63,209 nucleotides of DNA, filler included, from Vezdaea acicularis (GCA_026025075.1; 2 parts of 2 records of this genome joined end to end with filler, not necessarily neighbours in it), one strand, 5' to 3'; positions 39,557 to 52,565 are shown, counted from the first letter of the whole stretch. The notes: generated by a model not told the origin, from the sequence alone. Translations and numbers: made by a program.

Positions 39557-40960
39557 ATGATAAGAGGCCTCGCCCGCGCATCGAGCGGGCCTCGAATATA
39601 CCAAATACATTCCTCCCCAGCTCGGAGTTGCTCAGTTGTTCACCAAATTGCAAGGATGTCCACCGCACCAGCTGCGGCCATGGAGGCCCTTACTTTAGAG
39701 AAGAAGCCTCTCCGGTATGCAGATGTACTACCACCTGCCCCCTTCGCTCACACCACCAACTAACTAACCTCCCTAGGTCGGAATCAACCTCACAGACCCG
39801 GTCTACCGCGGCTTCTACCACGGCCGACGCGGCAAACGTAGCCACGACGACGACTTCGCCGAAGTGCTCACCCGCGCCCGTCTCGCCGGCTGCACGAAAC
39901 TGATGGTGACGGGCTCTGACCTGCACGAGTCGCGCGACGCCGTGAAGCTCGCCCAAGACTACCGTATGCCCTCTCCTTACCCCTTCTTCCGCAAATACCT
40001 GACTCAAGGGGGCTGACACTCTGTACGACCCCTAGCCGGCACCTGCTACGCAACCGTAGGCGTGCACCCCTGCTCCGCCAAAAAGTTCGAAGCACACCCC
40101 GGCGGGGCCGATGCCCTGCTCCAAGAGCTGGAGCAGGTGGCAGTCGAAGGAAAAGCTGCGGGGACGACCGTCGCGTTCGGCGAGATCGGCCTCGACTACG
40201 ACAGGTTATTCCTCTGCCCTAAAGAGACGCAGCTGAAGTACTTTGATCTGCAGCTCGACGTGGCAGCGCGCGTGCAGTTACCGCTATTCCTGCACTCGCG
40301 GGCGGCAAGTGAGGACTTCGAGAGACTGCTTGTGGATAAACTGGGGGCGGGGCTGGAACGGTTGCCGAAGAAGGGGTTGGTGCACAGCTTCACAGGGACG
40401 CGGGAGGAGATGCTGCGACTAGTCGCAATGGGGCTGGATATTGGGGTAAACGGGTGTTCCCTGAAAACCGAAGAGAACCTGAGCGTGGTGAAAGAAATCC
40501 CGCTCGAAAGACTGCAAATTGAGACGGATGGGCCATGGGTACGTCACTCCTCTCCCCCTTCTTCTCACAACAATCCGGAAAAGGGGGCAACTAGGGCTTG
40601 GGGCTCAGCGGACCAATACTAACGGCGACCCCAACAGTGCGAAATGCGCGCCAGCCACGCCAGCGCGCCCCACCTCCGCGACGGCCCTCCCCTGCCAAAA
40701 AGTCTCCGCCGCGAGAAATTCCAGATGGGCCATATGGTCAAAGGCCGGAATGAGCCGTGCACCATTCCGCGGGTGGCGTGGGTGGTCGCGAAGGTCAAGG
40801 ACTTGCCCATCGAGGTCGTTTGTGAAGCGTGAGTTACTCCAACCCCTGTGGTTTTCTGTAGGTGTGATGCGTGATGGGAAGAGGACTGATTTGGGTGCGT
40901 GTTAGGGCGTGGAAGAACTCGGTGGATATGTTTGGGCTGGGTGAGGGGGTGGAGGAGTAG
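39557..40960 (+). CDS. tatD: TatD-family deoxyribonuclease, possibly with an N-terminal mitochondrial presequence
   Basis: Exons 39557 (or 39656)-39724, 39777-39963, 40036-40538, 40638-40828, 40906-40960. DVGINL, TVGVHP, GEIGLDYDR, LFLHSR, VHSFTG, IETDGPW, KGRNEP. The start codon is uncertain. Confidence 0.9.
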
Positions 40961-41589
40961 CGGACTGATGCGTACTAAGGCGGTTGAGAGTAGGTGTGGT
41001 GTACGCGCTCTGGGTGACTAAAGTGCCAGTCGAAACGCATCTGTATGCGCGCATTATGCTTAGTTCTCTCGTTATATGGGGGATATCTCATTATATAACC
41101 AGCTTGTCATTGAACAACCAACACCTAGTATAGCCGAGCCCCTTATTGTACGGGCGAACCTTTAGTAGCTGGGTGACACCCCCACCTTGTGTTGTTGTAC
41201 AAGGGGAAGCTTCCTGTTATATAACGCCCCCTTGATAACACAGGAGATCTCTTGTCACATGAACGGTGGCTTCGTTACAGGGGAGACCGGCCGTTATCTG
41301 GATGCCTTCGCGTTGTATAGGATACCTCTCATACAAAGATACTGACATGACCCCCACCTCCCACACGCCTTCACCTGATCATCGTCCTCTACTCATATGA
41401 AAGAAAAGCACAACCAAGGCTTGAAAGCCTTTGACAAAAGAGTTCTCGTACTATCATCTCAAGTAACTGATATTCGAAACATGCTACATTTCATGAGGGA
41501 CCTTTCGTTACTTGGTCAAACTCTCTGGACGCAAGTATCGCGCTACTTCGCGATAGAACATCTTCTCCTCCATAACGCGATCCTTGTGC

Positions 41590-42996
41590 TCATCCTGTAA
41601 CCTTAAACTTGTACTCATCCTTCCGATCCAAGTACACCACTTTGTCGTTCAGACCCGCCTCCTCCATCTTCTTTTTGAAGTCGGCCAGCGGCGACCTAAA
41701 GACGTCATAATCATCATAATGGATGGGAATGGTGAGCTCGGGCCCGATGAGCTGCACCAGCTTCAGACCCTGCACTGCATCCATCGTGATCATCAGTAGT
41801 GGCAGTTTCGGGGACGGGACCCTCGTGCCGCCCAGATGCACGAGCATGAGGTCGATGTTTTGCCCTTTGTAGCGTTGGGGAATCTCCTTGAGCTCGTTGA
41901 CGAAGAGGGTGTCGCCAGAGATATAGATGCTGTTCTACTTAGTTGTGATTGTGATATAGGAAAGGGGTAAGGGAAAAGAGCAAAGGTAGGGCTGACCGGT
42001 ATCCGCATTTGAACCCCTCGTCGTTTCCAGGGTTTGGGTTGTAGCCGAGTTCTATCATCCAGCCGTTTGTCGGAGGGACCTACACCCCTATCAGCCTCGC
42101 TCCTGACCTCGCCTTCCCAGCCAGGGACATACTTACAGCTTTCACGAGGTCATTAATCATCCCGAGCACACCCGGGGGTACATGCTTCCCTGGCATGCCC
42201 GTAACCTTAATCGCCGGCTTGCCCTGCATAGGCTGTCGCTGCACATTAGATACCACATCCACCATAATGCTCTCAAAGAAGTCAAGATCGTGCACTGCAG
42301 TAAATGCCTCGCCATCTCCAGGCTTATGAGCCAAATGGGCTTTGGCGTGGGGTGTCGTAATGATGGGAAGGTCGCGACGGAGGGAAGCTTCGACTTTTTG
42401 GTCGAAGTGGTCCCTGGAAGCAGAGTCAGCACAGGGTGCTGGAGACTGGAAGGCATGTGGGGAGAGCAAAGGAGGGGGTAAGTACGCATGGTAATGGGAT
42501 AGGCAGATCAGATCAATTCGGGGGAGATCGTGCAGGTCTACTGCGGGGTCTGTGACTCGTGTGCCGGTTACCTGGACGCATGTCAGTCTAGCACTTTGGG
42601 CAATTGGCATATAACGACTTACACCAGGGCCAAGATGAACGTGGTCGCCTGCATGTAGAAAGTTGGGCTGTAGATGATACCGTTTTAGTCTCGACTAACT
42701 TCTCACAAGCTCGATTGATGGCCCACATCTGTCATGAGCCGGATGCCCTCCCATTCCCTACAGTGGGTATTAGTTAGGCTCTTATGTTGTAAAGAAGATG
42801 GTATCAAGCCGCACAATATAGTAGTTGCCGTCCCAATGAAGGTCAAGCTTGCATTCTCGTCCCCTGCCTTTGTGGGGTGGACTTTGGTCTCTTTTGCCAC
42901 GGGAAGTGAACTAGAGAGCTTTGTGCCAGCAGGATGGTCCCGCGTTGGCGGTTTAGGGTTTGAGGGATCAATTGAAATGTGTTTCATGGGGGGCAT
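41590..42996 (-). CDS. Metallo-beta-lactamase-fold hydrolase
   Basis: Exons 42996-42815, 42757-42727, 42667-42623, 42571-42486, 42413-42137, 42079-41997, 41929-41590. FIGTAT, MTDPNF, LSHYHADHFD (HxHxDH), IYISGDT, IPIHY. Confidence 0.9.
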
Positions 42997-43047
42997 TTTC
43001 TATACTCCTTAAAGCGATGATATCTTCGATTGGGTATGGTCGACGCC

Positions 43048-43320
43048 ATTTATATGAGGGTTTGAATATGAGGAGCGAGCGGGGAGCAGGTTCGGATCAA
43101 CGCGGAGCAGCGCAGGGGTCACGCAGGAGGGAAGCAGAGGACGAATATAATCGATAGCACATTCATAGGATTGAATTCTGGGGATCTACGTTACATCGCT
43201 TCCTGGCTTTCCTATATCCATCCTATCGCGTAACCCCTCCTTAGCGCAGGAGTAACGTCACGAGTTGAGCGAATTCGTGACATGGAGCTTCTTGTTGTGA
43301 CGCAATTATGCGGTGACGTA
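43048..43320 (-). promoter_or_regulatory. TATA box plus a cluster of CRE/ATF-like sites upstream of the MBL gene
   Basis: TATAAA (minus strand) near 43049-43054; GTGACGT at 43255-43261 (minus), GTGACGCAA at 43297-43305, GTGACGTA at 43313-43320. Confidence 0.4.
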
Positions 43321-43550
43321 CGTTTCTGTAGCGTTAAGTTTCTGGAAGTACTTCAAGTACTTGGCGGTTCCTACCGCGTGTGAACGAGGTAGGTCGAATG
43401 AGCATTTGAATGGAAGTATATGATTAACTATGCGACTGATCAAGATATTTCCTGGTATATAGCTTGGAATTCAAACAAAAACGCCTGCGATTGTGCTTAC
43501 AACGCAACATTTGACAATGGCTAGGAAGAGTCGGAAGCGAGACCCCTTTC

Positions 43551-46206
43551 CTACACACCCCTTTTCGCTGCCACGATCTCCTTTGCAGCTACGGCCCTCT
43601 CCTCAAATAACCTCTTTAAATCATCTACGCTTTCCTTCCCCAGAACCAACTTCTTTCGCCCAGGGCCGAAGTCACTTTTCGCACGCTGCAGGGGTTTGAT
43701 ACCCTCCTGCTTCATCTGCTGCTGCTGCATCGCCAAAGTCCTATCCAAGATGCCTGGGCTTGGAGATCGCGTGTGACCCTTTATCGAAGGCGAGACGAGT
43801 GTCGGACCTGCTGATGAAGGTGAGATGAAGGTCGACGGGCTCTGAGACACGGCGCTTGCTGAAGAGGGCTGAATAGGCTTTGTGAGAGTTAGAATCATCG
43901 AAGCACCACCTGCATGTGTTGTAAAGGAGCGTTGAGGAGGAAGAGGGCTAGATACAGAGCGCGTTGCCGAGGCCGGAAGAGCGGGCTTAATGAAGATTGC
44001 TTCACCACCTTGAAAAGAAGGCCGACGACCTGAAAGGGAATCATGAGGGCCGGATAAGCCTTCTCTTAGATTGTGAATGGGCTTTTCTGGTTTGAGGGAA
44101 CGCTGCTTAGGGGCACTCGCAGGAGCAGATATATCCCCAATTACTGAATGCGTTGAGGGTGTTTCATTGGCCGTCTCCTGATGAGATACTGAGTTACTAG
44201 AACACTCCGACTTGATTGTTTCGGTCTGCGCCTGTTGTGTGAGAGGCTGCAGACTATTACTGATGTTCGTGATCTGCTTGAGAGTCAGGGCTTTTCTCGT
44301 TCCGGAGAAGGGCTGAGCATGAGGTTGAGCACCTTCAACATTCTCGCTCTCTAGAGACTTTACATCCTTCTCTTGTATGCCATCCGTCGGCACCCGAGTA
44401 GGCCGGTGACCGTCGACTGTCGCGCTATAAGCTGCTGGGGATCCGGTAACGTTAAAGTCATCTGCCATGACGGTGGAATAACGAGGTACATCTTCTATCT
44501 CAACATCGAAGTCCGTTATTGTTGAGTACCTTGGAGGCATCTTCAACGGCGGGGCAGGTTTTCTCCTCATTGGGCTTTCACCTGACAGAGTCCGTTCAGG
44601 GATCTCCTCCGTAGTCACGGGTCTTCCAGGCCTAGGGGGCAACGGAGGTAATTTGGCAACGCTCTCTGCAGCTTCATTGTCCTCGAGGATTATGCCTTCC
44701 AATTGCGTGGCAGAAACTCCGAAGTTGGTGACTTGAGCGACCTTCTGACTACCGTTTAAACGACCACGCTCTAATGGGTCTTCGTAAAGTGTAGGGTCCT
44801 CTGGACCCTTCAAGTCGTGCATGAAATCTTCCGACCGTACTTCACACACATCTTTGAGCCCTCTGCCCCACTCTTCTATCATGACTTCGAGTAACTTCCG
44901 GACCACCGGTCCAATCCTATTATCTTGCACAGGATCGGCCCCACAGGTCAAAGTTGGGGCGAAGCAGACCGCTAGATTAAAAGGGGTCATTTTATTGGAC
45001 TCTTGTTCATTAGCGACTAGAGACAGGAGCGGGAGAAGATGCCGAGTAAGGATGAGCCTAGAATTGACCGGTAGACATGACCATTTAGAGTCGAGTGAGA
45101 TCAGATCCACCAAAAGCTTAGCATTAATGCCCGTATTTGGATCACCAAACAGGCTTTGGAGCTCATCGTACGCAGTATGTGGAATCACTGGCTCGCGCAG
45201 ATCTCGATACCATGCCTTTATCAAACCAGCAGCTAAGTGAACACCGTAGCCATCTTTTTGGTCAATCTCCTCTACCCTAGGGTAGCCCGTTCTTTTCTGG
45301 CTTCGTTGAGGGAGAGTAGTTGTCCCCTCTTTCCATATGATAAACTTCTGACCTCGGTCGTAAGCTTCCTTTAAGATGGATAGTACCCTTGCATTAGGAG
45401 CTACCCTGAAGATCCCTTCTATTCGAATGTTACTATCCATGAGGAGGAAGCTAGTTGTCTCTCTCAAAACCCGAGGCAGCCTCCAGTTCCCGTCTTTGTC
45501 TTTTGGGAATGGATTTTTTGCCGAGAAAGCCCGTTTTCCAGTAGCATAAGGAGCAAATATGTCCGGAGAAAGCCGTCGATCATGAAGATACGCAGAAGTT
45601 GGTATGAGGAGATCCTCAATCGGCATCAGTAGCCCTAGCTGCGTCAAGGTGGAGACGTGATGTATCTTCCTCCTAAACTTTGGGGAGACTATGGTCGAAA
45701 ATACCTCCACAAGCACCCTGACCCATGCCTTCTCATGTACGATGTAGAGCTTTTGTAATCGCTTTCGCATTGCTCTCGTCAACTGTGTATGGGTTTGACC
45801 TTAGCCGGAGTCTGAAATCTGCCTGCGTTGAGAAACGTACCACGTGGTAGGCTTGAACAAACCACAGCCATTTGGGCCTCTCGTCCTTGCCGCTTCCAGG
45901 CCCGTCCGACCCTCCGCCTGCGAAGAATATGACTTCATATCCCTTGCCGCCAATTAGTTCGTCCTCCCCAGGAAGCCTAGCTAGCACATATGGGAGTAGT
46001 GTATCGTAGTTAACTTCTTTTGCATGCGGAAAGTCGCCAGCATTCAGGATGAAAATGGGAAGGCCGTTCTTGGATGGGAGGGGCGTTCGGTAGAGAATAC
46101 GAGCTGCAAGGGTCGCAAGGGTGGGGGAGTATTCTGCTGAGGTTTGGGGCGGTGGGACAGCACTAATAGAGGATTTCCTAAGACGCTGGGCTATTTGCGA
46201 ATGCAT
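43551..46206 (-). CDS. ECM25: CRAL-TRIO/BCH plus RhoGAP protein, Ecm25-like
   Basis: Exons 46206-45841, 45782-43551. BCH-like YEVIFFAGG, RKRLQKLYIVH, SPKFRRKI; RhoGAP EGIFRV (Arg finger), IKAWYRDLREPVIP, NKMTPFNLAVCFAP; Pro/Ser-rich tail. Confidence 0.85.
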
Positions 46207-46604
46207 TTGAAATATAGGGCTGAAAAGACGGGAGGGAATGTAGGCAGAGAGCAACCTAGGATGCGGAGAATGATCGACGACATTCGCAAAATGTAGCGGA
46301 CGTGATCTAGCAATATGGTTTTCACACGTCGTGGCTGAAGCACTACGTTTGATGGGTCGTTCTACCTTGAAGCTAAAATTGGGCGGCCTACGTACCTCTC
46401 GCTTCCACGAACCATTGGCAGTGCTTGAATGTAACCGGAAGCATACGCAAGCCATATTCACAGTGCATGAAGGCTATGATAGATAATCTATTTTCATCTA
46501 TCATGACTTAGTCTTATGCCAAGTGATAATGGAAAGCCTTCCCGCTCATCATGTTTGCGCCGTGATGAATGCAACCTTTACCAAGACCAAACCTGCAGCC
46601 TCCC

Positions 46605-49600
46605 TTAACCAGCGCTAGTGTCCATCACATCCGCTGCAGCAGCCACCTTCTCCGCTTTCTTCTGCGCTTTGAAAGCCATGATTTGTTCCCTTAACTCCAC
46701 GTTATCAATCACATCTTCAATTTTCAGTGGAGATCGATTGAAAGGATCATTTGGGTCTGAGAGGAGATGAGATCGGATCGTAGAGCGATCAATAGATATT
46801 TTTGAAGTTGGTAGGATAACCGGATCGGCCATGAGAGAATATAGAAGAGGGTCTGAGGGAGCATTAGTAAACTGCAGAGGTTTTTGTTTGTCAGAGTCGA
46901 CGTACCTTGGAATTCCTCGGGGATATCTCCAAGGTCCTCTTCAAGTTGGAGATCCTCTTCATATGCTTTTTTGAATTCGTCCATAAGCCCCTCCCATGCT
47001 CTTATTTCATCAGGTGCTCTCAAGCTGAATCTTTTGAGAATCCACGTAGCTCCTTTGAAGGTATCCGGCTTGTATGACCGCCCATCTCTTGCGACTGCCT
47101 CTATAAAGGGTTTCTTTGTTTTTAGATTAAGATACACATCGACAATGTCGCTTAGTAGTGCTTTTGGGTTAAAATGATAGCTCTCAGGATCTACAACCTT
47201 CAGATTATTGCTTTTCGGGCCAGCCAGTGCTTCAAGATTATAATCGAGCATGTCCGCTAGACGTTGTACTATCTCAGGCATTGTAAAAGCATCGGCGAGT
47301 GCCTCCGTAAACAGTTTCAGCATGGCTACAGTCTCGTTTGCAAGCTGCATGTAGGATTTTGCCGACTTCTTTGTTTGCGCTAGGAGGGCTTCCTTTTCTT
47401 CACGAAAACTCTCCTCCAATTCATTATTCTGCAACTCTTGGGTTAGGTCATGGATCTTTTTGAAGCCGCTGAGCGATTCGTCCAGAACGAACGTGACGTC
47501 GTTGAGGAGAAGGTTGACAAATCGAATGAAAAAGTCGACATTGAGCCTGAAATCAATTTAGCTTCAGAACGCTTTTTGTTCCTGCCGTTTGAACTTACTT
47601 GCTCTCTTGAGCGAGACGCTGTCGGTAAACGGCATTGGGCCAGATGCATTTGATTACCTGGAAGATCTCGTACCGGATATTGAATTTGTCAAAGAACTGA
47701 GTATGAGTTCCCGTATTTTCCACCTCTGCTTCTGTCAGTGTGTCCTACACCTGAATAGTGAACATAGTTTTGCGCCTACCAATATAGAACTTCATTAGAG
47801 CATGCAATAAATGTTCTAGGGCGAAGCCCATTGAGTTGAGTACATCGCCGAGTATCCCCCTTGTACGAGTTGTTGAGGGCCATATCCCAGTGAACAGAAT
47901 CGTCACCAGAGATGATTTGAGGTAAGGGTTCTTGATGTAATTAGATGTCTGTAGGAGCGTAATACAGAGAGTAACGATCTCCTCAATCTGCGTTGAGCCG
48001 ACGATCTGGGGCATGTGCCTAAGTTCAGTTAGAAGTAGGTAGCCTGTATTCTTCGAAGACATGAGGTACCTGAAAATAAACAGATAGTTCTTCGTAATGT
48101 TTTCCAAGAAATATTCAGGCAGACATGCAATTATGTCCGGTTCTACAGTAGGAAGCGGAAGAGAAATGCCTTTAGTGGGATAGTCATGATTGGGAGAAAG
48201 CAAGCGGAGTAGCCAGACGGTCACGAATCGAAGGAATCCCATCGATCGCCCTTGGCCTTGGTCATCAAATAGAACACCTTGGAGTGCCATCTGGTAAGAC
48301 ATTGCTTTGTCTCGTTGCCCCGTGATCTCCTTCAGGGCTTTCTCGTACATTGGCCAACTCGGCGTGCCGAGCCATTTAGAGCGATCACCCTCAATTTGAG
48401 CCAATTGTTTCTCTATATGCTTAATGTCTTTTTCCAGTGTGTCCAGAGTAGCGGCGATAGTTTCTGATCCATAGTGGTGTGCTGCTACAGTGAGAAAGAA
48501 GACTTCGGATATGAAGTTCGTTGAGCCAGTTGCCTTTCCAGAGTAGAACGTGTCTGAAGCTTTTTGGTCAGCATTTAATTTCGTCTCGTCTTTGATGTCT
48601 ACTCTTGGATTCCGCCTTAGGTAGTCGATGTCCACTCGGCCAACCTTCCAAAGTCAGCGATTATCGAATCATACGTGACAAGTGCGATGTACTTGCCTTT
48701 GAGAAAACAGCATCAATGAAGGGTTCGCAGAGCTGGTCGAGGCACACAGTCACGTTGTACATGAACCCATCAGAAGATACCGTCTTTTTGTCAACTTGAA
48801 GAGCTCGTCGTTTGTGATTTAAGTTCACTGTCAGAGCAAACCAGTTCAGCATTTTGTCGCGAGACTCTTTCGAACTTCGAATGATCTGATTCACAATATC
48901 TTGCAGTTCAGTTTGGAGCGTCTGCGATGACATTTTTAGAGCACGTTGTGCGTTAACAACTACTGCTTTGTCCTTCGTCTTTGGACTATTGAAATAGGTG
49001 GTCGTGACGGCACCTTGTAATGGCGATATACGAAAGAATGGTCCAAGTAGTGTCTTTTGTTCAATATCCTGAGCTCTGATATTGGAAGGTAAGAACATGG
49101 GCGACTGGGTTAGGGCATTGATGATTGGTGGAAAGCGGGTTAGGTTTCCCAGCGCCTTGATACTGTTAGGCCACTGCTACTTATAACGTAGCACACAAAA
49201 TACTAAACTTTCCGAAAATGGTAGAAGAATTATACGCACATGAATGTAGGGTTTGTAATTGTCAACCATCGTGATCTTTGACAGCTGTCGGCTGAGATCC
49301 TCGATGGCGCCGACGAGTGCTTCTTTGACTGTTTCATCCTCACCGAACCGTCGCACAGCCTCTGTGATAAAATCGTAGCAGATCCCTCGATCGTCATCCG
49401 GATCGACTAAAAGGTGTGCCGTTAACGGATTTATAGAAGGAGCATCCTCCCTACATGATGTGAGCGCTGCAATATATTCGCTTTTCAAGTGGGTAATCTC
49501 ACATACCCAAACATATCAGGCATGGTTACTGCGAACATACAGTAACTCATGCATAGCCGTTTTGCCTCCTTTAAGATCTCTGTCTTGGCTGCATCCGCTA

Positions 49601-50403
49601 GCTTCCCCACGCCTCTGATTTGCCGAACTACTCGTTTCCAACATCCCAAAAGATATTCAAGAGCTGGAGACGGATTTAAAAGGGGCGATTTCTTGACTGG
49701 TGGTAGATTTGAGGCTGCTTCTAGGATCGCTTGTTCTAACACTGCCGTACTCATTCTCACGGGTGCCCTCTGCTCTTCTAGCTCTGCTCTGACACTCGGG
49801 AGATAATGTAGGATATGCGCATGTGTATCCTTCTTGATATCCTCACTCAACGAAACCCTGAAGATGTTGGAAAGGGCTTTATCCTCCCATGTCTCGATTG
49901 TGTTCTCAGAAGCTGGAAGACCCTTGCTCGTTTGACCTCTTGATATTGAGTCCAACCCAGGGTTTCCCGAGCCAGCCTGAGTGCGACTGATGTTGATTTT
50001 TGGTGCAGCATTGTTTTCTAGGTTTATGCCAAGTTGAGAGAAGGGGTTCGGTGTAGTGGGAGAGAGGGAACTTTGCGCTGTGTTGCCACTAATATTAGTC
50101 TTTGGCTTTGGAGCTTCTTGAGCTTCCCTTGTTATTGAACTATTGATATCAACTGGGTCCGAAGTAGTGCTCGTTGTAGATCGACCTTCCGGGCTTGTGC
50201 TTGTTTCTTTTTGGGAAGCTGCGGTTTGGTTTTGGAGCTTCGCAAGCCGCTTGTTGCGAATCTGAACATATATTGTTAGCCCTTCAGTCAGGCTCCCGTT
50301 AGTTTGTAAGTCCACTCACTTTTTCCATTTCCGAAGGTCCAGTTGGCCTTTCTATTTCCGCGGACACGTCTACCTTCTCCATTTCCGCAGGTGGTTCCGC
50401 CAT
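46605..50403 (-). CDS. UFD2: Ubiquitin conjugation factor E4 (U-box) Ufd2
   Basis: 9 exons: 50403-50320, 50261-49507, 49450-49240, 49155-48697, 48644-48070, 48018-47780, 47725-47599, 47546-46906, 46852-46605. IRNKRLAKL, TLLGPFFRISP, SSDGFM, IKNPYLKS, U-box DPLLYSLMADPVILP...DPFNRSPL. Confidence 0.95.
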
Positions 50404-51553
50404 CGCGAAGGATCTTTACAACCGTCCGCCGTTAAGAAAGAGAAAATAGAATCACAAGGCTGGGTTCGCTGTATGTGCTCCGGGGGCAAAGTTCGGAGTT
50501 AGGCGAGAGCGTCATAAGTGATAGGCCGCGACATGATAATTTCAGGCTACCATCACTTAAGCAGTTACTTATGTGGAGAAGATTCTAGGTCCAAACACTA
50601 ACACTTTGCGGGTGTTGTTTTCTAGCGAGCACGCCTTTGGTTCGGGTGCGACTCAATCAGTCTATTTTCTTATCGCATACGCCTTTCATTATATAGATCG
50701 ATTCATTAAAGGTTCTTCACCTACAGGGATTGTGAAGAATAAGTGTTTCTAATGCATAGCTTGGGTCGAGGTTTAGACGAGAAGCTGAAACGATAGAGAG
50801 CATGGCTGAAAAGACCAGCCTAGACTGGCCGACGAGGAAGCTATCTGTCAAATATTGAAGTCGATGGAGCATTTATAAGTCACTCGAACTTATGGTTGAA
50901 TCCGGAGTGCCCTCGAGCTTACTTCAGTGCCACTGCACCTGGCCGACCCCAAACATGCCAGCAATCAATAAGTATATCTCTCGGCTGGAACGCAAGCATC
51001 ATAGTCACAAATAGGATTGAAGATTCCATCTAAACCCAATGAATTATTACAACATGATGATTGCATAAAGAATGATAGCAGAGACAGGGGACAGTGCAAC
51101 AAACAGAGACATGAACACCACAAAGCGCAAGAAATTGTTATTGGGAAAGCAGCCGCCGGAAGAGAGAGTTCGGAAGCGTGATGGCAGGACACCGGGAATA
51201 GAAGGTCAGGAAAAGCCTAGACATTGTGACAATACCAAAAGAATCAAAAGAAAGTGCTGCTTCAATTACCGGGTTCCGTTTATCCTAATGATCCGTATGC
51301 TATTCCCTTCGGTGTTGCTGTGGGGTCATTGAATGTGGTATTGCAAGGCCTATGCTGCCGTCTGCGTCTATGAGAAAGGTGTCTCATGAGACGGTATTAT
51401 CGCAAGCTACCCTCCCCATCCTCGTATATCGCTCCCACGCTCTCTGACAATGCTCAACCCCGAACAAGCGCTCTTCCTGTGAACGACAGAAACAACCAGT
51501 CCACCACGCCCGTGACAGTCATTTCAATCGCCCAGGAACAAGTAGATGCTAGA

Positions 51554-52565
51554 TCACAATATGAGGCAGTGGGGGCGATGGCTCGTTTTCTTCTTGGAGA
51601 GAAGTGCAGCTCGAGTTGCGTGTTCGAAAACTTCACGAACGCCCTCGTTGGTCTTGGCGGAGCACTCGAGATACTTGTGTGCACCGATCTTCCTTCGGAC
51701 TTCCTCGCCCTGTAAAATCCGTTAGCGATCAAAGCTTAATCCAGTATCGTTGAACCCGTGAGAATGAAATGTAGATGAGAACGCCATGGACCCGCTTAAG
51801 AGCATGGGCAAGGGAATGGGCTAGGATTTACCTGTTCGGGTGTCACAGGGGTCTGCGAGGTCTGTTTGAGGTCGTTGATGGTTTTCGCGTCGTATCGGAG
51901 ATCCTTCTTGCAACCAACAAGAATAACTGGCAGGCCATTGCAGAAATGGAGGACCTCAGAGATCCACTAAGGCGATATGATATGTTAACATTCTTGTTTC
52001 TGAAAGGCACGTGCTACAGGAGTAGGGTGCGTACCTTTTCCTGGACGTTATCAAGAGAGTCTGGGGAATCCACGGCAAAGCAAATCAAAATCACATGTGA
52101 ATCGGGGTAAGATAATGGACGAAGGCGGTCGTAATCTTCTTGACCAGCCGTATCCCATAGTGCCAACTCAACATGTTTGCCATCTACCTCGACATCGGCA
52201 ACATAATTCTCGAAAACAGTTGGGACATACACCTAGACCCAAGCTCCTGGTTAGTCTCATTGCCCGAGCATAGAAAATGAGGAGGTCTGCAACGGAGCAG
52301 ATGGGTTTCAAGCTACTGTTGCGAAGAAAGGGCCGAAGCTGAAATATGATTGGGGACTCTTGCAAAGCTGGTCTGATCTTACCTCAGGGAACGTTCCTTT
52401 CGAGAAGACGCTGGATTACAGTCAGTTCATGATCTCGAAAATTTGCAACGTGATAGCTATCGCTGATGGAACAGGACGTAGCTCGATGGATACATACATT
52501 AGAAGACATGTCTTGCCGCAGGCACCGTCGCCGACGATGACGAGTTTGCGGCGGATTTCAGCCAT
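51554..52565 (-). CDS. RHO1: Rho GTPase Rho1/RhoA
   Basis: Exons 52565-52498, 52410-52383, 52232-52035, 51966-51832, 51709-51554. [39 protein letters not shown] box CLIL*. Confidence 0.98.

Noticed and set aside
50482..50490. Rpn4/PACE-like GGGGGCAAA upstream of UFD2
   Set aside because: One mismatch to GGTGGCAAA, single copy and probably within the 5' UTR.
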